In this document: positions 49,050-61,741 of the stretch, one piece after another | Layout of the letters: every line of letters begins with the position of its first letter | Position numbering within the stretch: position 1 is the first letter of the stretch | DNA from: Lepidodermella squamata | Lineage: Eukaryota > Animalia > Gastrotricha | Direction of reading: 5' to 3' | Length of the DNA stretch: 64,000 bases | Assembly (NCBI GenBank): GCA_047495785.1 | Contig: JBLDXI010000024.1 | Coordinates: forward strand, 1,116,001 to 1,180,000 | Made by a program: the position numbers and the translations under genes | Notes under the pieces: generated by a model | What the model was told of the DNA's origin: nothing | The model's database searches: none | The model's input: only the letters and a program-made list of their open reading frames with translations

Positions 49050-49755
49050 AGGTGGCTCGAACAATCAACTTGTCATTTTCAGTCAACAATTACGGATGAA
49101 TGTTTTGTGATGCAAGCGGCTGTGTGTAGATTTTTGCATTCATGAAGCACTTTACGAAGCACAAACTACAATCTTATTATATTACTACAAAAAAACGGCA
49201 CCTTCGTTTTTTACAGTAGTAATAATAATAATGATGCTGTGCGCCCGTGTCAACGCGCGCTGCAAAAAAAACGACTGTGTCCCCATTTGTGTACTATACA
49301 CCTGTATATAAGCTTTATTGGCATGCAGCGCACAAATAATCATCATCGCACAAGGCATGAGTCACCCTCCTCGGCTACGGGCCCCTCGCTCGCTAGCTTG
49401 AAGCCAAGCGAGGCGGACATCAATTGTGAGCTGAAAGATGAAGGATGAAGGTTGAGAGGATAAAAGTATTATCGTGGCGCTGCCTTGCTATTGACGTAAC
49501 GTTGAAGCGAGCGGATTTTCTTCAGGCTGCGTTTCATTTCTTCCGTTGTGAGATGAAAACCAGTTCATATGAAAAGAAGTTTTGCGCGATGAATCATCAC
49601 CGCTTGAAAAAGCTAAACCATCGTCTCATTTCACAACAAAGGAATTCCAATCAGAAATTGCATAGAAATTCATCCAGGTATTCAACTTTACTGTTTAAAA
49701 TATTGTCTGCGATTCAATCGGATCATTTTAATCATGAATATTCAAAAAATTATTT

Positions 49756-50280
49756 TCACGAGCTTCGCATAGCCGCCATCAATGACGATGGTCGTTGAAA
49801 ATAATGCTTGCCGCGTCGGATGGAGACGGATGGGAAGGTGGGTGCCACAAATGACGGCTTTCGAGCCGCTTCTGCACCAGCCGGAATTCGTTTCTGGCGA
49901 TCATCATCGCTGCTGCTGTCATCCTCATCATCATCTTCCTCCTCGTCCTCTAGAAATACATCATCGGCGGGTTTGTGGTCTTGAAGAAGCAAGTTGTAGA
50001 GGTTGAACATGGCTGACAGTTCCGTGCTTTTCGAGTCATCTTCCTCGTCTTCGTCCTCATCATGATCTTCGGCGACTATATTCGAGCCATTGTTGATTTC
50101 GACAACTAAAAAATGAATTTCGTAAAATTTAAAAAATTATGAAATTTTGGTACCTGGCTCAATCAACTCATCGTCGCCATTGTCGAAACCACGGTCAGGA
50201 ATGAGTGGCGCCGAAAGGGAAAAACTAAAATAGCACACTTCGAGGACAAAAAACGAAATTGCTACACTTCTTAGCTGCAT
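49756..50280 (-). CDS. Secreted prepropeptide: signal, very acidic pro-region, RQKR, basic mature peptide; 2 exons 50280-50154, 50105-49756
   Basis: MQLRSVAISFFVLEVCYFSFSLSAP; 48-nt GT-AG intron in matching phase; Asp/Glu tracts; RQKR then IPAGAEAARKPSFVAPTFPSVSIRRGKHYFQRPSSLMAAMRSS*. Confidence 0.75.
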
Positions 50281-50509
50281 CTCAATTAAGACAGAAACTA
50301 AAATGTTGATGAAAAATTAAAGCAAAGGCGGAATTTATTGCGTATCGAAGCGAAAGTAGGCGTCTATACCGTCCATTTCGGTATAAAAAAAAATGAACCT
50401 CATTTGCGTGCGGTTATTCATCGGTGGGCAATATAGACTTGGTTCATAAAATAGCATGAATTATTGATGGGGTCAAAAGATTTGATGAATCAGCGATTAT
50501 TTCTGCATA

Positions 50510-50811
50510 TTATGACTGCTGGAAGTGATACGGTCTGTTGGCTCGGTTGCGAGACGCGCTGCTCTGGCGAGATCGAGCCCCGCCGATGTAGGCTAGTCCG
50601 CGCTTTCTGAGGCCATGGCTACCGCCGCCAGCAGAAAATGAGTCACTATCACCGAAAAATTTGTGCTGAGTCGGCCAAAGTTCTAATAAGAAGAAAATTG
50701 CTCAAATCTCGATTTTAAAATTTCCAAGAAAAAGTAACCCCTCATCCTCGCCTCGGCAATTAGAGCGTGGGAAACCACAATTAAGATGACGCAGCAAAAA
50801 ACCAGTTTCAT
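50510..50811 (-). CDS. Small secreted prepropeptide (not in the ORF track); 2 exons 50811-50739, 50682-50510
   Basis: MKLVFCCVILIVVSHALIAEARMR; 56-nt phase-1 intron; ELWPTQHKFFGDSDSFSAGGGSHGLRKRGLAYIGGARSRQSSASRNRANRPYHFQQS*. Confidence 0.7.
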
Positions 50812-51063
50812 CGCCGTTAGTCCTTGATAATGCTACTCGAATAGAATGATGACAAGAAAGTGATTTGAACCCCCGCTTGTAAATAACATAAATTTTTATT
50901 TCGAATTCGGAAGATGTAGCCGCGTGGGTTATCATTGTTATTCAGCTAACGAACACCGGAATTTTTTTACATAATATATATATCAATCATTTTCCTATAT
51001 ATCATCGATTGGCAATTATATTGTTCATCTCCTCCTTTGACTAAAATTGGCTATAATTTGATT

Positions 51064-54000
51064 TCAGACGGTTTGAGCTGAATTTTTAACAGAGCTGCTA
51101 TTTCGGCCGAAAAGTGTTCGGAAATTGATAGGCCGGGCACGAAGCAGTAGACACAGATAGCCGAGGTACCGAAAACCGACCAGAAGAGCGACTAGCGCCA
51201 AAAAGTCCCTCGTCATATTGTCCTAAATGGGGCAAAATAAATAAATAATTAATTGGAGATGACTCTCAACAAAAGAATACTAAATTATTTTTTTAAATTA
51301 GAAAAAATTCTAAAATAATTACCGGGCTGTAATTGAGGCTGGCAATGACAGCTGCACCGTCGGCAAAACATCTCGACGAAGGTGAAGTTGAGTTACCAGA
51401 TGTTCCATTGCCATCGGCCATGACACTCCGAAAGGTTTGAGGTGAAAACAGACTTGTGGTCGCATCAGTGGTGGGTGATAACGTCGACTCGAACGTTGAG
51501 GCCAGACTCGTGGTTAACGTGGACGGAAACATGGTCGTTGTGACGTTATCATCCGGCAAATATTCACATCTGAAATGATAAAAAAATATTATAGAATAAA
51601 TATTCGAATTTATTAGAATAAATCTTACGTCAAGTTGCCGTAGTATTGCCATTGGTTGATGACTAAGATTTCATTCGCATATTTGAACCAACTGAGGTAC
51701 TCAAGCCAGATGAAGTAGGGAGGAATCGAGGCGTCATTGAGGAAAAACCCGCCGAAAAGCATGAAAGGCACGCAAATCGGCCCGGCAATAGACAACGCCA
51801 CCGAAACATCGCCAGCCATCGTCGAGACGGCATAACCGAAGGAGACTACGACATGGGTTAGCAGAATGGCTGTTCCTACGCAGATGAAGTAGGCGTCGAC
51901 ATCAGGCCGGAATCCGACCATCCAGTACATGACTGTCGAGAAAATGATGGGCAGTAGTATGAATACCGGAACATCGGACAGCGTCTTGCATAGGTAGTAG
52001 ACCGACACGCGGTACATCCCATTTTCGTGCTCTCGTTTGAAAATAGCCAACTCGCCCGGGAAAACGTTGATAACAGAGAAGGCGTTGGAGTAGGTTGCGT
52101 TAGTTAGAATTAGGAAAATTGCACCGTTAATGTTCTGAACAGCTTTTTGATTATTCGGTTGGCCAAGGTAGAGGAGACCCGCGAAAAGGGCGATGATTAT
52201 ATTTTGAATTAGACGAACTTGAAGTAGGGATTTATCGCGAACGTTAGTCACCCAAGATCTGAAAATCGACATTACATTTTTTTCGATTTTTTTAGCTTTA
52301 ATTACCTCCAAGCAACGTGTTTTAATTGACGGAAATATCCAGCTTTATAGGGAGATACTTTCGATAGGTCAAGCGCGGTTGGGGACTGAAATTTAAAATT
52401 TTAAAATCGGCAAATAAAATTCTGAACAAACTTACCACTACGACGTTGTCTAAAGCAGAGGAAGCTTGGTTTACAGCAGCCTTCAGCGCCCTGCATTCTG
52501 TCGATTTATCAAACGTGTCGCAAATTTTGTTGACCCGCTCGCGGCAGTCAATTTCTTTGCCAGGGACAATCGCAAGGGTGTGAATGTAAAAATCAGCCGG
52601 GTTAAACTGCTGCGGGCAAATGTAGCCGGCTCGTTGGAAAAAATCCCGAGCAGCCTGCGCCGAACCCATGTAAGCAATTCGTCCCTCCGCAAGCAGAAGT
52701 AAACTTGGAAAATTTCAAAATTAATTTATCGTTATTCGAAAATTAAATAATTTACTTGTCGAATAATGCGAAAACTTGAGACGAAGGTTGATGGATCGTG
52801 CATAGCACAGTTTTCCCCTTACTAGCCATTCCTCGCAGGGTTTGAACAACGTTTTCTGCCATGAAAGAATCAAGGCCTGATGTAGGCTCATCGCAAAACA
52901 TGAGCGGTGGGTTAGTTAGAACTTCAGAGGCGAAAGCCAGACGTTTCCGCTCGCCGCCAGAAATCGATTTGACGCGGCCTGGAACTCCGATAATCGTATT
53001 TTTACATTTATTCAGGCCCAACTCGCGGGTAACCTCGTCGATACGAAGCTGCCGTTCTTCGTCCGTCAAATTATTGTCCATTCTCAACATCGCTTGGAAC
53101 CATAAATGCTCCCTAATAAATTCTTAAAATTCACCATTTAATTGGAATGAAATTCTACAAACTTGACAGTGAGAACTCCAACGAATAAATCCTCCTGTTG
53201 AACGTAGGCTGAAAGACTGCTGATTCCAGCGCCGACCGGCAGGCCGTTGACCTTAACGTCGCCACTAATATCTAAACCGCCGGTATTTCGGCGGGTCAAA
53301 ACATTGAGTAGGGTCGTTTTTCCGCTGCCACTGGCACCCATAATCGCCAAAAGTGATCCAGGTCGAACGATCCCAGAAACTGGAAATTCGTAATACATAA
53401 GTTAATAAAAAAGCAAATAAAATGTGATTAATCTTCAATTTTAGAATTTTTGTGAAAATTCAATAAAAATTTCCAACTTTTTTAAATTGTTTTAAAAATA
53501 ATTTTAAAATTTTTCAATTTATTTAATTTATTTAATTTGAATTTTAGAATTTTTCGTACAATTCCATTTCAATCATTTTTTAAGTTTAGATTTTTTTGAA
53601 TTTTTCGCAATTTTTAGGATTTTTCTATCGAATTTGGGAAGATTCTTCCTCACCTCCTTTCAAGATGGGTCTCGCTGGAGTGTCGGCGGTTCTTTTGAAT
53701 ATCGACTTTTTCGGTGGCAGGGTGACTCGAATGTCTTCCCATGACAACGTGATTTGTTCACTTTTATCCGTATTACTCGAAAAATTCCTAGTTATCATCG
53801 GCGGCCTCGATCGCCGGCCCGAACTGCTGATACCCGTCGAAACAGGCAGGCTGGTTTTATTGGCTGTACTGCCGTAATTGCCGCTAGTTGCCGTGTTCGA
53901 TCCTCGGCCCTCTTTATGCCGGCTGCTGGTCAAAAGTGAACTCTCGCCGGCATCTTTGTTGAAAGAAACTACCGTGTTAGAGGTACGGCCGCCGTCCCAC

Positions 54001-54122
54001 GGCTGAGCGTCCCAAGGTTGAGAGTCGGAAAAACCCCGAACTTTATTGGTGCCGGCCGAGCCGCTTTCACCGGGCCATGCCGGATTTGATGGCGCAAATG
54101 GGTCTTTCTCAGTATTATCCAT
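51064..54122 (-). CDS. ABCG half-transporter, white-like; ~8 exons
   Basis: Walker [19 protein letters not shown], signature [68 protein letters not shown]. Confidence 0.93.
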
Positions 54123-55709
54123 TGCTTGTAAAGACTCTAATAAAATTCAAATTAATTTGAATTTTTTTCGAGTTCGATTAAAACAAAAGGGTGTGTTTGC
54201 ACCGAGAAAATTGAACTATGTAACGTCACAATGTGTCGGTTGATCTGGTGGCAAATTTTTAACCGTAATATCAGATGTGTATGACCGGGCTTTTACTCTA
54301 ATACTGTGTTTACTCGCGTTTATCTCACTCGCAATTCAGTCAAAGGACAGATAAGACAATTTTAGCGTGTATAATCGAATTGTAACAACGACTGCCCAAG
54401 GCTTATCTTGCGCGACATTTCATCACTCAATCCATGCGAATGATAACGATTAGACTGGCTCTCTGAAAAATTGCGAAAATCATAAAATAGCAAAATTCAG
54501 AAACTGGTCATTTTTTATTGTGAATCGCCGTTGGGGTGGGGTAACTTATCTGTTAACACAGTTTAACATAGCCTGGTTCAAAGATTTCGCTAATTCTAAA
54601 ATTTTATATAACAAACTTTATATTCAACTCTCGAACGAGGCAGGGCAAATCCCGGTCAAAAACCAGTGACTTGGGGTAGAAGCGAACAGAAAAAATAACT
54701 ACCTTTACCGTATGGCTGACCATAAAACATGAAACCAATCATAAACGGAAAACGGAAAGCGAATTCGGAAAAATATAGGCTGTAGCCGAGAATACGTGCA
54801 AAAATTGAAAAGTGATTTCTCCGGCTCCGAAAAGCGGCAGGTCAAATAACGTCATACCTCGAGTCGGTCGAGAACGGATGATATTAATCCGTTTTATCAA
54901 GTAGAATCCGTTATATTAAGTAGAAGCGATCGGGGCAAAATGGGGTAACTCGACCGATAGCTTGACTGCATGACTATTTCAATTGAGGATAAACCATCTG
55001 GCGAAAACTAGGGCAATGATTCATCCATCGATCAGCTTTCAGCAACGGCAAGTTCAATCGTAAAATTCGGTCAAGTCATTGCATACAATTCAGAGATGAC
55101 TAAAGCTCTAACCGGTTCCGAAGCCCAAAAAGGTATCGTTTGCAAGCTGTTTGCTCCCACCGGGAGGAAAAAGCCATTGCCTTAAAACCCTGATTTTCGA
55201 GATTTTAACACCTAAATTTTACGCTTGAAATCGATCGGCTGATAATGCCAGTATGGATGTAAAAGGAAGACTACTTTTTGATTTCTGAAAAATTTCGTTA
55301 ATTGCATAGGTGCCTAGGAATGTCCCTGCATTTGGAGAAAACTCAATTTTTTTCATGGAAAAACTAGCGACGAGGTACATTTTCCGGTCAATATACCAAT
55401 CCCCGTCGACCATGTCATCTCACACGAAATTTCCTGTATTTTGTTGAAGTTATTTTGCTGTTTACGATATTCGATAATTGATCGTTGTCAAACAAGGCAA
55501 TAATATTTATATCCGGTTATTTATCCGGTTTCTCGAAAATTCCGCGAAAATACTCCGGATATCATTGGACATTCATTTTCAACAATGAGATTATGAACGT
55601 TTTCAACAAAAAGCGGATTATGCACGCTACTAAGCTGGGATCGACGTGAACACGTTTTAAAGATGAACCAAAAGCGTATATAATTCTTTTTCTGTAAATT
55701 CTGCTGAAC

Positions 55710-58234
55710 ATGAAAAGAATCGTGCAACATTATGGCCTGCTGGTCGTAGTTTCGTTGCTCCTATTCGGCGGCTGTTCAGTGCTGGCCTGCGACCAGCCAG
55801 AACCCAGCGACGATGTCCTGATCGTCAGCATGACGCAGCCATCCGGCGATTCTGGATTAGATTTCGACCCGGGAAACTCGATCGTGTATAAATGCACGGA
55901 TTCGCATGCTGTAATGAGCGGCCCGGCTAGAATCATCTGCGGCAACGACGGCGAGTGGCGACCAGCGAAGCCGAAATGCGGCCAAGCGCAGGGCACTGGA
56001 CCGTGTCCACTGCCTACAACGCCACCTAACGCTGCTATTCAGGAGAAAAGCCCTGGTGACTTGACAAAAGTGGGAGCTTTTATACATTACACTTGCAATC
56101 CAGGTATTTCCATAATCCAATTCCGAGGTAATAATATAAAAAATACTTTTATTAGGATTTAAGTTGAAGGGACCCGCGAGAACGTTCTGCCGGCCAGCTG
56201 GCGATTGGACCTCGAATCCAACATGTGAAAGAGACGGGGCTACACCATCTTCCCGGAATGGTCCAAGGGTGACTACAACAACTAAGGCGAGTGTTGACAC
56301 ACCAGAAGACACAACCTGCACGCAGCCCGATTCGGACGGAACTGTCGAGGTTACCGAAATTAACCGCAACCCTAGCAATTTGCTGGACACATTCATGCCG
56401 GATGAATGGATCGAGTACATTTGCGCGGATCCTAACGGAGTCATCATAGGGCCGTCGCGAATTACCTGCCTCGCAACGGGGACTTGGTCGTCAAACCCGC
56501 CCCGATGTGATAAGCCGAGCAATACCAGCAACAACGGCTGCCCTGAGCCCGCAGTTCCAGCTAATGCGAAAATTACTCGGAGGAGTTCGCGCGATATTTT
56601 GAAGCAAAATGCATGGGTTCAATTCGAATGCCTACCTGGTTTTAAGACTACGCCACCGACTCGAATTGTGTGCGATGCGAATGGTATGTGGTCACGTGGC
56701 CCGACTTGCGTATCTGCAACTGCTACTACTACTACAATCAAAACTACAACCACAACAGCCGATGAAGATAATGATGAGTCAAATTGCGAAATTCAACCTG
56801 ATTTAGGCGGAAATCTTGAAGTTCTGAGATCGAGTCAAAAATCTGGCAATAAGTTGGATATCTTCTCAAAGGGTGACTACATCATTGTTCAATGCTACGA
56901 GCCGAATTTGAGCCTCGACGGGCCCGAGAAAATTGAATGTCGAGGCGGCGATGCCTGGTCCCGGGTGCCTCGCTGCGTCCTTTCCTGTCCTGACCCGCAA
57001 ATTCCGCCAAATGGTAGAATTGCCGAGCGGAAGGGTAATACCGTCCGGTTTGAATGCAACACCGGGTTCAATTTAACTGGCATCGCTCGGATTACCTGCG
57101 ATCAACGTAAAAAAACATGGCCATCCGTGCCGTCGTGTGTTGGGTCGGTCGCCTCAGGTTGCAAGAAACCACCTATACCACCGAATGTTATAATTGATAA
57201 ATTATCACCTGGTCTCAGTCAAACCACGCTAAACTACCCAGTTCGATCTTGGGTGACCTTCAAATGTCGATCTGGTGTCGTCCTAACGGGGTCGAGTAAC
57301 ATGTCGTGTACGCCGACTGGCTGGCTGGGTGTGGTCCCGAGTTGCCGGGAGCAACAAGCGCCGCTGTCGCTACCCTGCGACTGGCCGCTGGTACCGGATA
57401 ACGGCGAGGTTGATAAACATTCTGCTGATGTGGATACAACGGCTGATACGATTCCTCACGGCGCTTGGGTCAGTTTCAGGTGCAACCCTGGCAATGATTT
57501 GATTGGCGCTGCCAACGCGACCTGCCAATCCGGCAAAATGAACCCGCCAGGAGTCGTCATTTGCCGTAAGTTAATCATAAAAAATCTGCCTTAAAAAGTG
57601 AAATTCAAATCATTAAAAATAAAAAATAATTTTTTTATAGGTAGGTAGATGTTCCTATCTTTTATCAGTTAAAAATTGACCTGTACCAAAATTTCAGAAA
57701 TTTCGAAGACCAATTTCAGAAACAAAATTTCGATTAATGAGTAATAAAAATGCCATTTTCATATAAATGCCCTAAATCAGGTTCGGCTTGTTCTCAAACC
57801 AAAATTCTCAGACCTTATAATGGAAATCAGTTTCAAATTTTTCAAAATCATGAAATTTTCGAAAATTAAAAAAAAACATATCTGGGCGTTATTTTAAGAA
57901 CTTGCATCCGCTTCCGGCCAAATTTGCTTCCGCATTATTTTTAAAAAAATTTTTATAGAATTTTAAAGAAAGTTCATATTTGAGCTTTGATATTATTTTT
58001 GCAGGTCCGAAGCTGACTGGTTGCAAAGCACCGAGGTTGCCAGATCGAGCTCGAGTTGCGTTCAGCTTCCCGCCCGATCCAAACGGAGACAGGGAAATGT
58101 ACCCTGAAGGAGGTAGAATCAGGTACGAGTGCTACGCCAGTTTCACCCTTCAAGGTGTCAGCACCCTAAAATGTATCAACGCCAAGAGTGGCTCGCCTGA
58201 GTGGGACGCTAATCCGCCGACTTGCACACGCTGA
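55710..58234 (+). CDS. Secreted protein with nine sushi/CCP domains; 3 exons 55710-56104, 56156-57566, 58005-58234
   Basis: Signal peptide; repeated C..P...(Y/F).C..G...G....C....W....P.C units; Thr-rich linkers; no TM; aataaa right after the stop. Confidence 0.88.
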
Positions 58235-58587
58235 AATATTTTTCCGATAATTGAATAAACGACATTCAAGCAATTTTATTATTAATAATAAAACATGAAA
58301 ACAAGTTTTGAAAATGTGATAAAATTAACAAGCTAAGTTGGCGAGTTTTTCGCAAACGTTCGGACATGCATTAATTTCAGAGTTTTTCAAATAAAATCAT
58401 TCGGCAATACTGAGTAGTTGAAGCTAAAAAGCGGGCATTTATCACTGCTGAGAAGTTCCTGGTCTCGAATTTGAATTTCAAGCGTTTCATCTTGAACATC
58501 ATTAGCTGGTTTGGGATCCGGGTCTGTTAAAAGTTAAACATATAGTAAGAAAAGTGTTACATTCGACTTCAATTTCTCACCTGAAGA

Positions 58588-61482
58588 TTATTCATCCTTC
58601 GTCAATGACAACCCGTGTTCAGCTGCTATGTGGCTATCCAGAGCTTTGACATTTTTGAAGCAGACTTGGCAGAGTGAGCAAAATCGAGCTGACAACGATT
58701 TATGACCTTCTTCGTGAGATTTCAGCTGAACCCGCCATCGAGCAGAGAAACTACCTTTGAAAAATACGAAAATAATCAATTTAATTATACAGTGTGTCCG
58801 TCAAATAATATGAGCCTAAATATAGCATTTTAATTGCGCCTATTCACGAGTCGTGCACGAGGCAAAAAAAACGCAGCACTGAATGATAGTACAGCTATTG
58901 TTGTTCATTGCTGGAATAATATCAATTATTGCTCCGCCAAAATTTGTATTATTTAATCAAGATAAAGAATATTCTTCGGAACGAAAGCATTAGCTTCGGA
59001 ATTTTCACCTGCAAGCTTTGTACATTACTAAAGTTTTGGGGACAACGAGTTGCCCTGAATGTTCATGCAATAAGATTAAAAACTAACCATTTAACTACGA
59101 TTTAATAGCAAATTTTCTGATCCAATTCGGTTAAAACTGTTTGTACTAGCCATTAAACGTATTCTTGCGGGTATGTGAAATTCACGTATATAACGGTTAG
59201 CCGATAGCGCCCCGGATGCTACACAAATTGGCGAAGTGGCGACATTACCCTTTTATTTCAAAACGCGGAACTTATTTCGAACAGATTCCCCGGTCGTAAT
59301 GGAAACTGCTTTAGTTGCTTTCATTGCATTTGTTGCATTTGTTGCATTTTATGCTTCAACGGCAGTTATTAAATTAGACATGCAAGATTACGAAAAAAAT
59401 TTAGAAAATGTCCCGCGGATGTTGAAGACCCAAGTCGATGGGCAAGTCGATGTACGCGAAAAAGGGGAAAACCGATTCCATAAAAGCGGTTTGTAAAACT
59501 GGCCATGGCCGAATTCAAAATGGCCCGTGCAAAACAAAAAACTGAAACGGCTGAGGGAGAAGATGATGATGACGGAGATGAACCTGATAATTAAGGTAAT
59601 TTTTTAAAGGCGCGGCTCGTTAAGAGGAAAATATGAGCATTCCTGATGGTCAGAACATCACCTTCTCTATCACCTGAAAGAATTAAGACGAAGAAAGTTT
59701 AATCATCAAAACTAGCCGATGCATACAAATTTTAACTAGCAGTAGTAAATAAAGCTTTAGATTTCATTGACGTATTATTTTTTGCATCTCATGAAAAAAA
59801 TGAGACGCCAGATCTGGCACGCGCCACGCTTGCTGTTGCATTTGGACTATAAATAGCCTCATATTATTTGACGGACACACTGTAGATTTTTGCAATTTTT
59901 TTACTCACATTTGTCGCAACGAAACGGCCGCTCGCCCGTATGCCGGCGCATGTGAGACTGGAATTTGAACTTTCCTGTTGTAACAAATGGGCAATGGTCA
60001 CATTTGAAAACTTCGCCCGACGAAGATGAGTGATGGCGCGAGTGGGCTTTCATCAGGCTTCGCCGATAACTTTTGAAATTCTAGAAAATTCAGGAAAACT
60101 TTAAAGATTCAAAATCAAGGCAAAACTCACGCATTTATCACACGAAAATTGCTGCTTCACGCTATGAGCTTTCAAAAGATGGACAGAGAGCTGGAAAAAT
60201 AATAGTTGATTTCGCGAAGAATCTGACTAGAGGCTAATTACCGATGTTTGAACTAATTCCTTTCGACAAATCGGGCATGAGATCTTCTTATGAGCAGATT
60301 TTCGATGGCGAATCAGCAAATCCTCGGCAAGAAATCTCTGATCACAGTCTTCGCATCTTGCTGCAACGCCTCTACCGTCATGTTCATCGTCAAAATGATC
60401 CATCAATTGCTCATCAGATTCGAACTTTTCATCGTCGCACTGAAAAATCATGGAAAATCAAATCAGGGGGGAAGATGAACGATTACTCACAAAAATGCAG
60501 GCAAAATGAGCTCTTGCTCGATGCGAATTGAACAGAATTTCGGACGAGAAAAGCGAGCCACAGTCCGCACATCTTCGTTCGTAAGCGATTGAGTGGTACA
60601 AGGCGACATGACTCTCAAGTTGTTTCTCGCAGTGAAAACGGCCATCGCATTCGCCACAGTTCAATTCAGTTCGAATGTGGCCGATCAACTCGGCTGAATC
60701 TCGTGTGTAAAAGCCGCATAGTTCTTCCAAGCATTCAAACATCACCGGCACAATGGTTTCAAAAGCGCTGTTTCCAGCGATTCGCCACGTGATCTTGATG
60801 ACGTGGCTGAATTCGCGTAAAACGTCAGCTAGAGGATCATCGCGATTTGAAGTGAGAAATTGCGCGAGAAACATCGACTGGTTGTCGTTGATTTGTTTAA
60901 GTGGAGTCGAAATGGGCGATATTTCAACAGGCGGTGGTTTTTGCTTCCGGGGCCGACCGCGGCGCCTTGGCTTGGGTGATGATTCATCGCGATTTTCATC
61001 ATTCTCGGGAGTTGTAACGTCGAAGGGTAGAGGTGTAAGATTCTCACGGTCGAAGCCTAAACTTAGATTTCTCGGCGTGGCCAGTCTAATAAAAATGACA
61101 ATTTTATTACGAAAAAAAGAAATTAAACAGACTTCGGCGGTGATAGCGTGGTTGTCAAGTCCGAAGTCTGATGAACTGGCGCGTAATAAGACTGAAATGT
61201 GTTGTAGTCCAACGAATTTTCCGTGTAGTAATCCAAAGGCGATTGAAGGACTGTAAACAAGTGTGGCGAGACAGGCTCTGATTGAAACGAAAATGTCTTC
61301 TCCGGGGTCGACAAGTCGGTGTATTTCGGGGCCGACGGAAATTCGGAGCAGCTGTTCGACAAGTAAGAATCCTCAGCGAGATGGCAGCTCGGTAAATAAT
61401 TGATTTCCATGCCAAAAGGTGAATGATTGGGAGGAATCTGCAAAATATCAGGCAGCTCACCACGAATGGCTTGCGAACGCAT
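58588..61482 (-). CDS. C2H2 zinc-finger protein with AT-hook; multi-exon, start uncertain
   Basis: PRRRGRPRK AT-hook; multiple CxxC-x12-HxxxH fingers (CGECDGRF...HVALYH, CADCGSLF...HRARAH, CEDCDQRF...HRKSAH); HTGERPFRC linker. Confidence 0.85.
58790..59882. mobile_element. Non-autonomous Tc1/mariner-type DNA transposon in zinc-finger gene intron
   Basis: Perfect TIRs cagtgtgtccgtcaaataatatgag / ctcatattatttgacggacacactg flanked by TA on both sides; no intact transposase. Confidence 0.9.
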
Positions 61483-61741
61483 TTCAAGCCAAATTGGCCC
61501 AGACTTTCAACTCATTTCGTGTGTGAGGTTTGCAAATGCGAGGACCTCAAAGCTCAAAAAGCACACGCTGACCTCATTTTTATTGAAGGCGAAAAACGCA
61601 CGAAGGAGCAACAGACGAAATTTATTGCGACAAAGTAATAAATAATAAACATGAACAGCTCGTATTTACAGCCATCGAAACGTTTGAAGGGCGCAGATAA
61701 GTTTGATATGAGCAATCAATTTTTCAGGTGGCAAGATGCAC

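Noticed and set aside
54280-55560. Several MITE-like motifs upstream of the ABCG and sushi genes
   Set aside because: Partial inverted matches only; no defined ends or TSDs.
59236-59496. ORF inside the Tc1-like element as a transposase
   Set aside because: No DDE/D or HTH motif; the hydrophobic stretch comes from a 9-bp tandem repeat.
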